Source: a bacterium (GTDB taxonomy: Bacteria > Bacteroidota > Ignavibacteria > UBA10030). From it: DNA of 59,784 nt. Below the pieces are notes generated by a model, which worked only from the letters and a program-made list of their open reading frames with translations, did not search any database and had not been told where the DNA came from. The first letter of the stretch is position 1. Each line of letters opens with the position of its first letter. The stretch covers positions 1 through 59,784 of the forward strand of contig JAZDJN010000013.1 in NCBI GenBank assembly GCA_043803945.1, written 5' to 3'. Positions 40,952-49,091 of the stretch are shown here, one piece after another. A program made the translations under genes and the position numbers.

Positions 40952-42331
40952 TTAGTCTTTTGTAAGGTTAAATTGCTGGATCTTGGTATATAATGTTTTC
41001 AGGCTGATGCCCAAAATCGATGCTGCTGTGTTTTTATTCCACTTGACCGTCTTCAAGACTCCGCTGATATGAGCTTTTTCAATTTCGATCATAGCGACGG
41101 GGCTTCCAATCCGCGGTCCAAGGGTTGCGTTGCCGTCGAATGCTTCGATCAACCTGCGAGTTCCGAGCGGCAGTGCGAGATCTTCGACCTGGATGACTTG
41201 CTCTGAGGATAAAATGGCAGCTCGTTCGATAACGTTCTCGAGCTCTCTGACATTGCCTGGCCAGTTGTATTTCATGAGGAGATCCAGAGCTTTATCATCC
41301 AGCGTTTTTGGTTTTTTCCCTGGAAAGCGTAATTTAAGAAAATGTTCAATCAAGGCGGGAATGTCATCTTTCCGTTCGTGCAGAGGCGGCAGGTTGAGCG
41401 TAATGACATTTAAGCGATAGAGGAGGTCTTCCCGAAACCGGCCTGTGGCCACTTCCTGGCGGAGCTCTTTATTCGTTGCCGAAATGAGGCGGACGTCGGC
41501 TTTCATGCTCTTGTTGCTGCCAACCCTGCGGAATTCACCGGTCTGGAGAAATCGCAGGAGTTTCGGTTGGATCATCGGACTAATTTCAGCAACCTCATCG
41601 AGAAAGAGCGTACCACTATTCGCAATCTCAACAAGGCCCTGCTTCATGGCAATGGCATCAGTGAAAGCCCCTTTTTCATGTCCGAACAATTCACTTTCAA
41701 TCAGTGATTCGGGAATCGATACACAACTCAACGCCACGAAGGGATTCTCTTTTCGCGGGCTATTCGTATGAAGGAAATGAGCAATCACTTCCTTGCCGGT
41801 GCCGCTTGCTCCCTGGATGAGCACGGTGGAATCTGTCGGGGCAACGCGGGAGGCCAGCGCGAGCATATCGATAAAAACTTTGCTCTGTCCGATAATATGA
41901 GAGAGCGTTGCGTGCCGGGCGATCTCGGATTTCAACGCTTTATTCTGGATCAATAACCGCTTGCGTTCCAACGCGCGGTCTATGATCGTCAGCAGTTCAT
42001 TGGAGGAGCATGGTTTAGTCAGGTAGCTGTAGGCGCCGAGCTGCATGCATTCAACGGCCATCTTCACATCGCTGACTCCGGTTAACATCACTACCTGAAT
42101 GTCGAAGTAGTGTTCCTTGATGAATTTTAACACTTCAAGGCCGTCGACCCGCGGCATTTTCACATCGAGCAGAACCAGATCAAAGGGGAGAGTCTGAAGA
42201 ATGTTGATGGCCTGAACACCGTCGGTGGCGGTATTGACAAAATATCCCTCTTGTTCCAGCAGCGGCTTTACGATGTCAAGAAAGAGCTGCTCATCATCAA
42301 CAGCAAGAACAGAGATTGCATGCTTGATCAT
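40952..42331 (-). CDS. sigma54-dependent response regulator (NtrC/AtoC family: REC, AAA+, Fis HTH)
   Basis: DVKMP receiver, GASGTGKE, SELFGHEKGAFTDA, TLFLDEV, FREDLLYRL, WPGNVREL, C-terminal HTH. Confidence 0.95.
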   Translation of the reverse strand: MIKHAISVLAVDDEQLFLDIVKPLLEQEGYFVNTATDGVQAINILQTLPFDLVLLDVKMPRVDGLEVLKFIKEHYFDIQVVMLTGVSDVKMAVECMQLGAYSYLTKPCSSNELLTIIDRALERKRLLIQNKALKSEIARHATLSHIIGQSKVFIDMLALASRVAPTDSTVLIQGASGTGKEVIAHFLHTNSPRKENPFVALSCVSIPESLIESELFGHEKGAFTDAIAMKQGLVEIANSGTLFLDEVAEISPMIQPKLLRFLQTGEFRRVGSNKSMKADVRLISATNKELRQEVATGRFREDLLYRLNVITLNLPPLHERKDDIPALIEHFLKLRFPGKKPKTLDDKALDLLMKYNWPGNVRELENVIERAAILSSEQVIQVEDLALPLGTRRLIEAFDGNATLGPRIGSPVAMIEIEKAHISGVLKTVKWNKNTAASILGISLKTLYTKIQQFNLTKD

Positions 42332-42351
42332 AATGTTCTCTCGGGGACGTA

Positions 42352-43455
42352 TTAACGAGCCGGAAGGGCAAAGAAGAACGTCACTCCTTTGTTCGGATCC
42401 GATTCTACCCAAATCTTACCATTGTGTGCTTCGATGATTCGCTGGCAGATGATTAATCCCAGCCCCGATGTTACTTTCTTTTCCGAGCCGCTGACGACGT
42501 TGCGGTAGCGATCGAAAATGAGAGGGATCTCCTCCTTTGAGATTCCAGGTCCGCTGTTGAATACCGAGCTCATCACAAATTCCGTCGGTTGCTGCCCTTC
42601 CTCCATGACCATTGCGATTTTCCGCACCTGGACGACGATAGCACCCTGCGTCGGTGTAAACTTCACAGCATTACTGAGAAGGTTCTGCATCACCTGTTCG
42701 ATCTTCTGTGCATCGAACTCAATTGCAGGCAATTCGGGTTCGCCAAAAAAGTCGACTGATATTTTATTGGATTGAATGGGAACGCGGAACTCACCCAGGG
42801 TTCGTTCCACCACCATCGAGACGTTTGCAATCCCTTTATTCAAACGGACGCGCCCTCCCTCCAGTTTGGTCAAATCCATCATACTGCTCAGGAGCTGAAC
42901 GACCTTATCGATCGAGTTGGTCATGTACCCCAATAATTCTTTCTGATGGTCTCCAAGCGGTCCGGCCATCCCTTTCATCAGGTAACCGATACTTTGCTTT
43001 AATCCGGCAATGGGATTGTGAAGATCGTAGAGTAACCGGGAAGTGTGTTCAGCCTGGAGTTGACGGATTCTGTCCTCGGCATCCCGTTTTTTGATCAGCG
43101 ACCGAAGCTGGGGCACAAGGAGTTCCATATCGATGGGCTTGGTGAGGTACTCCTTTGCGCCAAGTTTCATGGCTTCAACGGCCATGCTCACGTCGCTCAT
43201 TCCGGTCATCATCACCACTTCGGTGGTGGAAGAATTTTTCTTGATATAGCGCAAGACCTCAAGCCCATTCGCCCCGGGCATTTTGATGTCGAGGAGGGCA
43301 ATATCGAAATCGTTTTGTTGAACGGTTTTTATCGCATCGAGTCCGTTGGAGACATCTTGAACATCGAATCCTTCATCACTGAGCCAGGCTGCGATGGTAG
43401 TGCGCAAGCCATCCTCGTCATCGGCGAGAAGAATCTTAATCTTATCAGAGTCCAT
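42352..43455 (-). CDS. REC-HisKA-HATPase hybrid sensor kinase
   Basis: KILLADD..DIKMP receiver, YDLHNP H-box variant, NAVKFT, GLGL. Start taken at MDSDKIK (43455). Confidence 0.88.
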   Translation of the reverse strand: MDSDKIKILLADDEDGLRTTIAAWLSDEGFDVQDVSNGLDAIKTVQQNDFDIALLDIKMPGANGLEVLRYIKKNSSTTEVVMMTGMSDVSMAVEAMKLGAKEYLTKPIDMELLVPQLRSLIKKRDAEDRIRQLQAEHTSRLLYDLHNPIAGLKQSIGYLMKGMAGPLGDHQKELLGYMTNSIDKVVQLLSSMMDLTKLEGGRVRLNKGIANVSMVVERTLGEFRVPIQSNKISVDFFGEPELPAIEFDAQKIEQVMQNLLSNAVKFTPTQGAIVVQVRKIAMVMEEGQQPTEFVMSSVFNSGPGISKEEIPLIFDRYRNVVSGSEKKVTSGLGLIICQRIIEAHNGKIWVESDPNKGVTFFFALPAR

Positions 43456-43605
43456 GGTTGTGTGCGTGTGATTATTGAATGTGTTGATCGTCCACCGGTG
43501 TGGAAGGTGCCCCAGGTTTTCGTGTGGATGATTGTGGACCTGGTGAGCTAACACTCCATCGTAGAATGGCCTTCCTTTGGGTGTGTACCCCTTCAATGTG
43601 AAGGA

Positions 43606-43634
43606 ATAATAAAGAGTTTCAGCCCGAAAGTCAA
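43606..43634 (-). promoter_or_regulatory. sigma70-type promoter for the leftward kinase/regulator genes
   Basis: TTGACT-N17-TATTAT on the minus strand. Confidence 0.6.
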
Positions 43635-43660
43635 TGAGTATCCCGTCTTGTGCAACAAGG

Positions 43661-43689
43661 TTGAATTTGACGGTCTGCTACACTACATT
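43661..43689 (+). promoter_or_regulatory. sigma70-type promoter for hutH
   Basis: TTGAAT-N17-TACATT, 40 nt before ATG 43730. Confidence 0.55.
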
Positions 43690-43729
43690 GGCACCAGACA
43701 CTTCGCGAATGAAGAACGCTTGAGACACC

Positions 43730-44779
43730 ATGAAACCATGCTTAATCGATGGCGAATCGCTTACCCTTCAGGATCTCTATCCCCTGGCTTGCCGCCCCGG
43801 AAGGGTGAAGTTGACTTCCTCTGCCCGGAAAAAAATTTTAAGTGCGCGCCGGCTGGTAGAAGACTGGATTGAGACCGGTGAAACGATTTATGGAGTAACG
43901 ACCGGATTCGGCGAGTTCGCCAACGTCCGCATCAGCGCTACTGAGATTGAGGCCTTGCAGGAGAATTTAATCCTGAGCCATGCTGCAGGGGCCGGTGAGC
44001 CATTACAGAAAGAGATTGTCAAGGCAATGATGATCCTCCGCATCAATGCACTGGCAAAAGGATTCTCGGGTATCCGTTTGGAAACAATCACCCTTCTCGT
44101 CGAGATGGTGAATCGGGAAATCATTCCGTTGATTCCTTCTCAAGGTTCAGTGGGCGCGAGCGGCGATCTCGTTCAGCTTTCCCATCTGGTTCTTGCGATG
44201 ATGGGCAAAGGAAGAATCTGGTCGAACGGCAAAAGTATTCCATCGGCGGTTGCTCTCAAACGTCATGGGCTCAAGCCGGTGCGTTTGAAAGCGAAGGAGG
44301 GGCTCGCCCTCATCAACGGTACGCAGATGATGACGGCTCATGCTGCCCTGGCAGTGGTTCAGGCTCTTCACCTGTGCCGTATTGCTGACATCGCAGCATC
44401 GATCGTCTCTGAGAACAAAGTGCTGTGTCATCCCGGTAGTGTCGATTCAATTCCTACTTCCGCAAATCAGGAAGACCACAATAGCATGGGTTCGGTCAGT
44501 GCCCGAAAAGCATGGACTGTTCTGACTAATGCTCAAACAGTCATTGGTATAGAATTGTACTGTGCCTGCCAGGGTTTGGATTATGCCCTTGCGATGGAGA
44601 AAGGGAAGAACTACCATACGGGAAAAGGAGTTCAAGCGGCGTATGACCATGTTCGGAGCGTGATACCTCATCTCGATGCTGATCGTGTGGTGTATCATGA
44701 TATCCAATCCGCCCTCGCGGTAATCAAGGATCAAAACATTTTGCATGCAGTTGAACGGAACGTTGGTACGCTTGAATGA
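43730..44779 (+). pseudogene. hutH: Histidine ammonia-lyase with a large in-frame internal deletion (349 aa)
   Basis: YGVTTGFG, GSVGASGDL (MIO), KEGLALINGTQ and SVDSIPTSANQEDHNSMG are present. ADIAASI joins directly to VSENK, and the QDxYSLRC/NPL/GNFHG segment is absent. Confidence 0.85.
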
Positions 44780-44839
44780 GTTACTGACGTTACGCAGGAA
44801 GAAGAATCGTATGATAGGAGCGATTAATCTTGTTTTTGA

Positions 44840-44910
44840 CCTCCCCTTTTTCCCCTTCTTGGCAAGCCTGCCTGCCACAGGCAGGGAGTAGATATGGGGA
44901 GGTTTGGGGT
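44840..44910. repeat. REP-like GC hairpin containing a CCTGCCTGCCACAGGCAGG palindrome variant (44867-44885)
   Basis: CCTCCCC..TCCCCTTCTTGGCAAG[palindrome]GAG..GGGAGG between hutH and add. Confidence 0.65.
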
Positions 44911-45090
44911 TTGCTAATAAGAACCCAGATTGATTGATGATTTTTCTTTTTTTGCGTAAGGTAAGTAAGTTACATGAGAACATGAAAAATATTCCGATCT
45001 GGTTTCGGTATCAATGAAATGACAGGCAGAGGGGCCTGGATATCGCCGCCGTCAAAGGCGGTTGGCTGCTCCACTAAACTAAAGGAATCC

Positions 45091-46197
45091 ATGAAACTGA
45101 AAAAAGAATTTTTTCGGACAGTACCAAAAGTGCTGCTCCACGATCACCTCGACGGAGGTGTCCGTCCGCAAACCGTTATCGATCTTGCCCGAGAACATCA
45201 TTACAAAAAGCTGCCGACACAAGATGCCGACGAATTAGCCAAGTGGTTTCATCGGGGGGCCGTTCGCGGCAGCCTGCCGCTGTTCCTGGAAGGATTCGAA
45301 CACACATGCGGCGTGATGCAAACCGAGAATGCCCTCGAGCGCGTCGCCTATGAGATGATGGAGGATATGAAGAACGATGGCGTGGTATATGTCGAGACAC
45401 GCTTTGCTCCAGTATTCCATCTTCAGAGGGGATTGCACTCGGAGACGGCGGTACGTGCCGTACTGAAAGGATTGGAGCGTGGAAAGAAAGATTTTGGTGT
45501 TGAATTTGGATTGATCGTTTGTGCCATGCGGAATATGAAGCCGTCGCTCTCGCAGGAGATTGCCGAGCTGGCTGTGGATTTCCGGGATCATGGAGTTGTG
45601 GGATTCGATCTGGCGGGTGAAGAAGGAGGCTACCCGCCCAAGAAGCATGTGGATGCCTTTCATTATATTCAACGTGAAAACTTTAACATCACCGTTCACG
45701 CCGGTGAAGCGTTCGGCAAGGAGTCAATCTGGCAGGCTATTCAATGGTGCGGTGCCCACCGGATCGGTCACGCCACCAGGTTGATTGAAGATATGAAAGT
45801 ACGCGACGGCGAAGTGCTCAGCATGGGAACGCTTGCCCAGTATGTGCTGGATAAACGGATTCCGCTGGAAATTTGCCTCACGAGCAATGTTCACACGGGT
45901 GCGGTGAAAAGTATCGAGGAACATCCTTTCGGCGTTTACTTCCGTTATAAGTTCCGCTTGATCCTTAACACGGATGACCGGTTGATGAGCCAGATCACCT
46001 TAACAGATGAGTATCATACCGCCGTTCAGGCGTTCCATCTCACGCTCGACGATCTTGAGAAACTGACGATCAATGGCATGAAAAGTGCCTTTCTGCCATA
46101 CAAGAAACGCATCAGTCTGATCTACAATGTCATCAAGCCGGGATTCGTCAAGGCGCGGACAGCAATGGAGAAGGAAAAACACAAGAAGAATCATTAA
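45091..46197 (+). CDS. add: Adenosine deaminase
   Basis: PKVLLHDHLDGG, YVETRFAP, GFDLAGEE, TVHAGE, RIGH, EICLTSN, NTDD. Confidence 0.95.
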   Translation: MKLKKEFFRTVPKVLLHDHLDGGVRPQTVIDLAREHHYKKLPTQDADELAKWFHRGAVRGSLPLFLEGFEHTCGVMQTENALERVAYEMMEDMKNDGVVYVETRFAPVFHLQRGLHSETAVRAVLKGLERGKKDFGVEFGLIVCAMRNMKPSLSQEIAELAVDFRDHGVVGFDLAGEEGGYPPKKHVDAFHYIQRENFNITVHAGEAFGKESIWQAIQWCGAHRIGHATRLIEDMKVRDGEVLSMGTLAQYVLDKRIPLEICLTSNVHTGAVKSIEEHPFGVYFRYKFRLILNTDDRLMSQITLTDEYHTAVQAFHLTLDDLEKLTINGMKSAFLPYKKRISLIYNVIKPGFVKARTAMEKEKHKKNH

Positions 46198-46237
46198 TTG
46201 TTATCCTCATAACTCGCCACCGGAAGGAGGAAGCGCT

Positions 46238-46864
46238 ATGAATCACCAACATATTCATTGGCTAGGGCATTCAACATTTCGTATTGAGGATGGTGCAACG
46301 CAGATTTATATCGATCCTTATAAAGTTCCTGCAGCCATGCCGGCCGCCGATTTTATATTTATCACGCATGCCCATTATGATCATTTTTCCATGGTGGACA
46401 TCGCAAAAATCAGAAAAGATTCAACGGTCTTCGTAGCGCCCAAGGATGTCGCTTACCAGATTAAAGCAAATGCAGTTATCGGCGTCGTGCCCGGTGAGAT
46501 GCACAGTATTGCCGAACTTAAGGTGAAGACGGTGCCGGCGTATAATATCGGAAAGCAGTTCCATCCGAAACAGAGTCACTGGGTTGGCTACATCATTGCC
46601 TTATCGACTGAGCAAAAAATTTATCACGCGGGTGATACTGATGCAATTCCAGAGATGAAAACAATAGTAACCGATTTCGCTCTTCTCCCGATTGGAGGAA
46701 AGTACACAATGATGGCACGGGAGGCTGCTGAGATCGCGAATCATTTCAAACCGGCGGCGCTGATTCCAATGCATTGGGGTGACGTCATCGGTACTCAACA
46801 AGATGCAGAGGAGGTCAAGAAGTTATTTCACGGGACCACCATTATTAAAACGTCCGAGCGTTGA
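46238..46864 (+). CDS. MBL-fold metallo-hydrolase (UPF0173-like)
   Basis: WLGHSTF, IYIDP, ITHAHYDH, IYHAGDT, LPIGG..TM, IPMHWG. AGGAGG RBS. Confidence 0.9.
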   Translation: MNHQHIHWLGHSTFRIEDGATQIYIDPYKVPAAMPAADFIFITHAHYDHFSMVDIAKIRKDSTVFVAPKDVAYQIKANAVIGVVPGEMHSIAELKVKTVPAYNIGKQFHPKQSHWVGYIIALSTEQKIYHAGDTDAIPEMKTIVTDFALLPIGGKYTMMAREAAEIANHFKPAALIPMHWGDVIGTQQDAEEVKKLFHGTTIIKTSER

Positions 46865-47158
46865 CCGTAAGGAGATCCGAGTCCGCTGGCAGGATGTTGA
46901 AAAAGGAAAAACAGTGGCGGGCACGGACCACTCCTTACCCGAAAACTGGAAGCTTGGTACAGGGGACGGTGCTGCCCAATGTGACAGTGATTTTCCGTAT
47001 CATGTCAGCAGGTTCACTTGCACTGAATTATTGCACTCAACGATACTTGTTAATGAAGCAGAGGTGCTCGCATTCCTCCAATGGATTGAGTACCCGATTG
47101 ACCTCTTTCAACAATCATACAGAATAGTTGTTGTTGATCACCCTGAAGGGAATTGTCT

Positions 47159-47788
47159 ATGAAACTCGAACAGCAGCTTCGGATTCTGGTTGTCGATGAT
47201 GATAGTGTCATGCGCAAAGCGATAGGATTTCAACTGCAAAGACTAGGGCATCTCGTAGTGGGTGATGCATCGAATGGTGAGGAAGCGGTGGAAGCTGTGA
47301 AGTCAGAGCAGCCGTCAGTTGTGCTGATGGATGTAGAAATGCCGTTCATGGATGGCCTGGAGGCAACAGAGTGTATTCAAGGCCAATCCCCAACACCGGT
47401 GGTCCTTCTCACTGCGCATAGCGACCCGGATTTCGTCCTTCGTGCAAGCAAGGCCGGAGCGGGAGCGTATCTTGTGAAGCCGTCAAATCCGCAGGAAATA
47501 GATCGGGCTATCATGATTGCCGTCGCACGCCACGCCGACTTGATGGCTCTCCGCCACATGAATGCTGAACTGGAGAAGGCTCTCCATCAAGTGAAAACCC
47601 TCAATGGGCTTTTACCGATTTGTGCCCATTGCAAGAAGATCCGAGATGACGGCGGTTACTGGCAGGCTGTTGAAACTTATCTCTCAGCACATACTGAAGT
47701 GCAATTCACACACGGTTTCTGTCCCGACTGTCTAAAAACTCTCTATCCCGATTTTGTCAAAGCGAGAGGTGGAGTTGACGATGTCTGA
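47159..47788 (+). CDS. Response regulator: REC domain plus C-terminal Cys-rich domain
   Basis: ILVVDD, DVEMPFMDG, YLVKP, then LLPICAHCKKIRDDGGYW..THGFCPDC. Confidence 0.85.
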   Translation: MKLEQQLRILVVDDDSVMRKAIGFQLQRLGHLVVGDASNGEEAVEAVKSEQPSVVLMDVEMPFMDGLEATECIQGQSPTPVVLLTAHSDPDFVLRASKAGAGAYLVKPSNPQEIDRAIMIAVARHADLMALRHMNAELEKALHQVKTLNGLLPICAHCKKIRDDGGYWQAVETYLSAHTEVQFTHGFCPDCLKTLYPDFVKARGGVDDV

Positions 47789-47822
47789 TGTCAATGCCAG
47801 CCGATTCTGCTGTGCAGAGTAA

Positions 47823-49091
47823 TCAGCGTCCCTGCCCGACCATCCGCTGTATCCGCTCGACATCCTTTCGCCTCAACCTCAGCGTGAGGACCACGTTGTC
47901 CTCCTCGTAAATCCGTTCAAGGACTTCTCCTACTGCATGAAGCTGGGAGACCAGTTTTTGATCACCCTGGGGAATCCGATAAACCTCTTCCACAAATTCC
48001 GAGTTGAGTAATTTCTGAACTTCCTCCTTCAATCCGAGGATATTGATGCCTCGGGAAGCCGAGATGAATGCCGACTGTGGATACTGCGCAGCCAGTGTCT
48101 TAACAATTGTCCGGTCGTTGAGGGCATCGATTTTATTAAAGACCATCAATATTGGCTTATCTTCGCAGTTCAATTCGATCAGCGTTTCGTTGACAACGCG
48201 GATTTGTTCTTCAAAGGTTTTACTCGCGACATCCACCACATGAAGGAGCAAGTCCGCCTCTGTAATCTCCTCCAGTGTACTCTTGAACGATGCAACAAGG
48301 TGGTGCGGAAGTTTTCTGATGAATCCAACCGTATCGGTCATGAGAATGTTTATGGAGGGAGAAAGTGGAACAATGCGCGTTGTGGGGTCGAGGGTTGCAA
48401 ACAGGCGGTTCTCGACAAAGACATCCGAGCCGGAGAGAAGGTTGAGCAGTGTCGATTTTCCTGCGTTTGTATACCCTACGAGCGAAGCACGCGTATGAAG
48501 TGTTCGCCCCCGCCGTTGTGTGAGCCGCTGCTGAGAGATCCGCTCGAGCTTTTCCTTAAGGTGGCTGATGCGTGAGCGAATCATGCGCCTGTCGGTTTCT
48601 ATTTGCGTTTCGCCGGGGCCTTTCGTGCCGATACCGCCAAATTGTTTCGAAAGGTGGGTCCATTGCCTGGTTAACCGCGGAAGCAAGTATTGAAGCTGGG
48701 CGAGTTCAACCTGTGTTTTTGCCTCGCTGCTCTTGGCGCGGGTGGCAAAGATATCCAGAATTAATGCGCTCCGGTCGAGCACTTTGCATTCAAGAAACCG
48801 TTCGAGATTCCGGACTTGCATGGCGTTGAGGTCATCATCGAAGATGACCATCGGGATTTTCTGTTCCAGCACCATCGCGTGGAGTTCTTCAACTTTGCCT
48901 TTCCCGATAAAGGTTGCGGCGTCAATCCGGTCTCTATCCTGCGTTATGCGTGCAATCACTTCTGCGCCTGCCGTGTCGGCAAGCAGCGCAAGTTCGTCGA
49001 GGTATTCATTCGTCTCTTCGCGTCCGATTAGTCGGGTTGAAACCCCCACCAGAATACAACGCTCTTTTCCAATATTTGCCAGTTCAATCAT
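47823..49091 (-). CDS. hflX: GTPase HflX
   Basis: LILDIFA, GPGETQIETDRR, GYTNAGKST, LFATLDPT, DTVGFI, NKID. Confidence 0.97.
   Translation of the reverse strand: MIELANIGKERCILVGVSTRLIGREETNEYLDELALLADTAGAEVIARITQDRDRIDAATFIGKGKVEELHAMVLEQKIPMVIFDDDLNAMQVRNLERFLECKVLDRSALILDIFATRAKSSEAKTQVELAQLQYLLPRLTRQWTHLSKQFGGIGTKGPGETQIETDRRMIRSRISHLKEKLERISQQRLTQRRGRTLHTRASLVGYTNAGKSTLLNLLSGSDVFVENRLFATLDPTTRIVPLSPSINILMTDTVGFIRKLPHHLVASFKSTLEEITEADLLLHVVDVASKTFEEQIRVVNETLIELNCEDKPILMVFNKIDALNDRTIVKTLAAQYPQSAFISASRGINILGLKEEVQKLLNSEFVEEVYRIPQGDQKLVSQLHAVGEVLERIYEEDNVVLTLRLRRKDVERIQRMVGQGR

Noticed and set aside
43456-43596. His-rich N-terminal extension (HQVHNHPHE) of the REC-kinase, suggestive of a histidine leader peptide
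   Set aside because: TTG start without RBS immediately after the predicted promoter, no separate short ORF or attenuator seen; the MDSDK start fits the domain boundary.
45015-45090. Possible purine riboswitch upstream of add
   Set aside because: Only a small CCGCC/GGCGG hairpin; no purine-riboswitch consensus visible. An Rfam scan would settle it.
46779-47162. ORFs of 127 aa and 88 aa between the MBL hydrolase and the response regulator
   Set aside because: No motif or convincing start; may be intergenic or decayed sequence.
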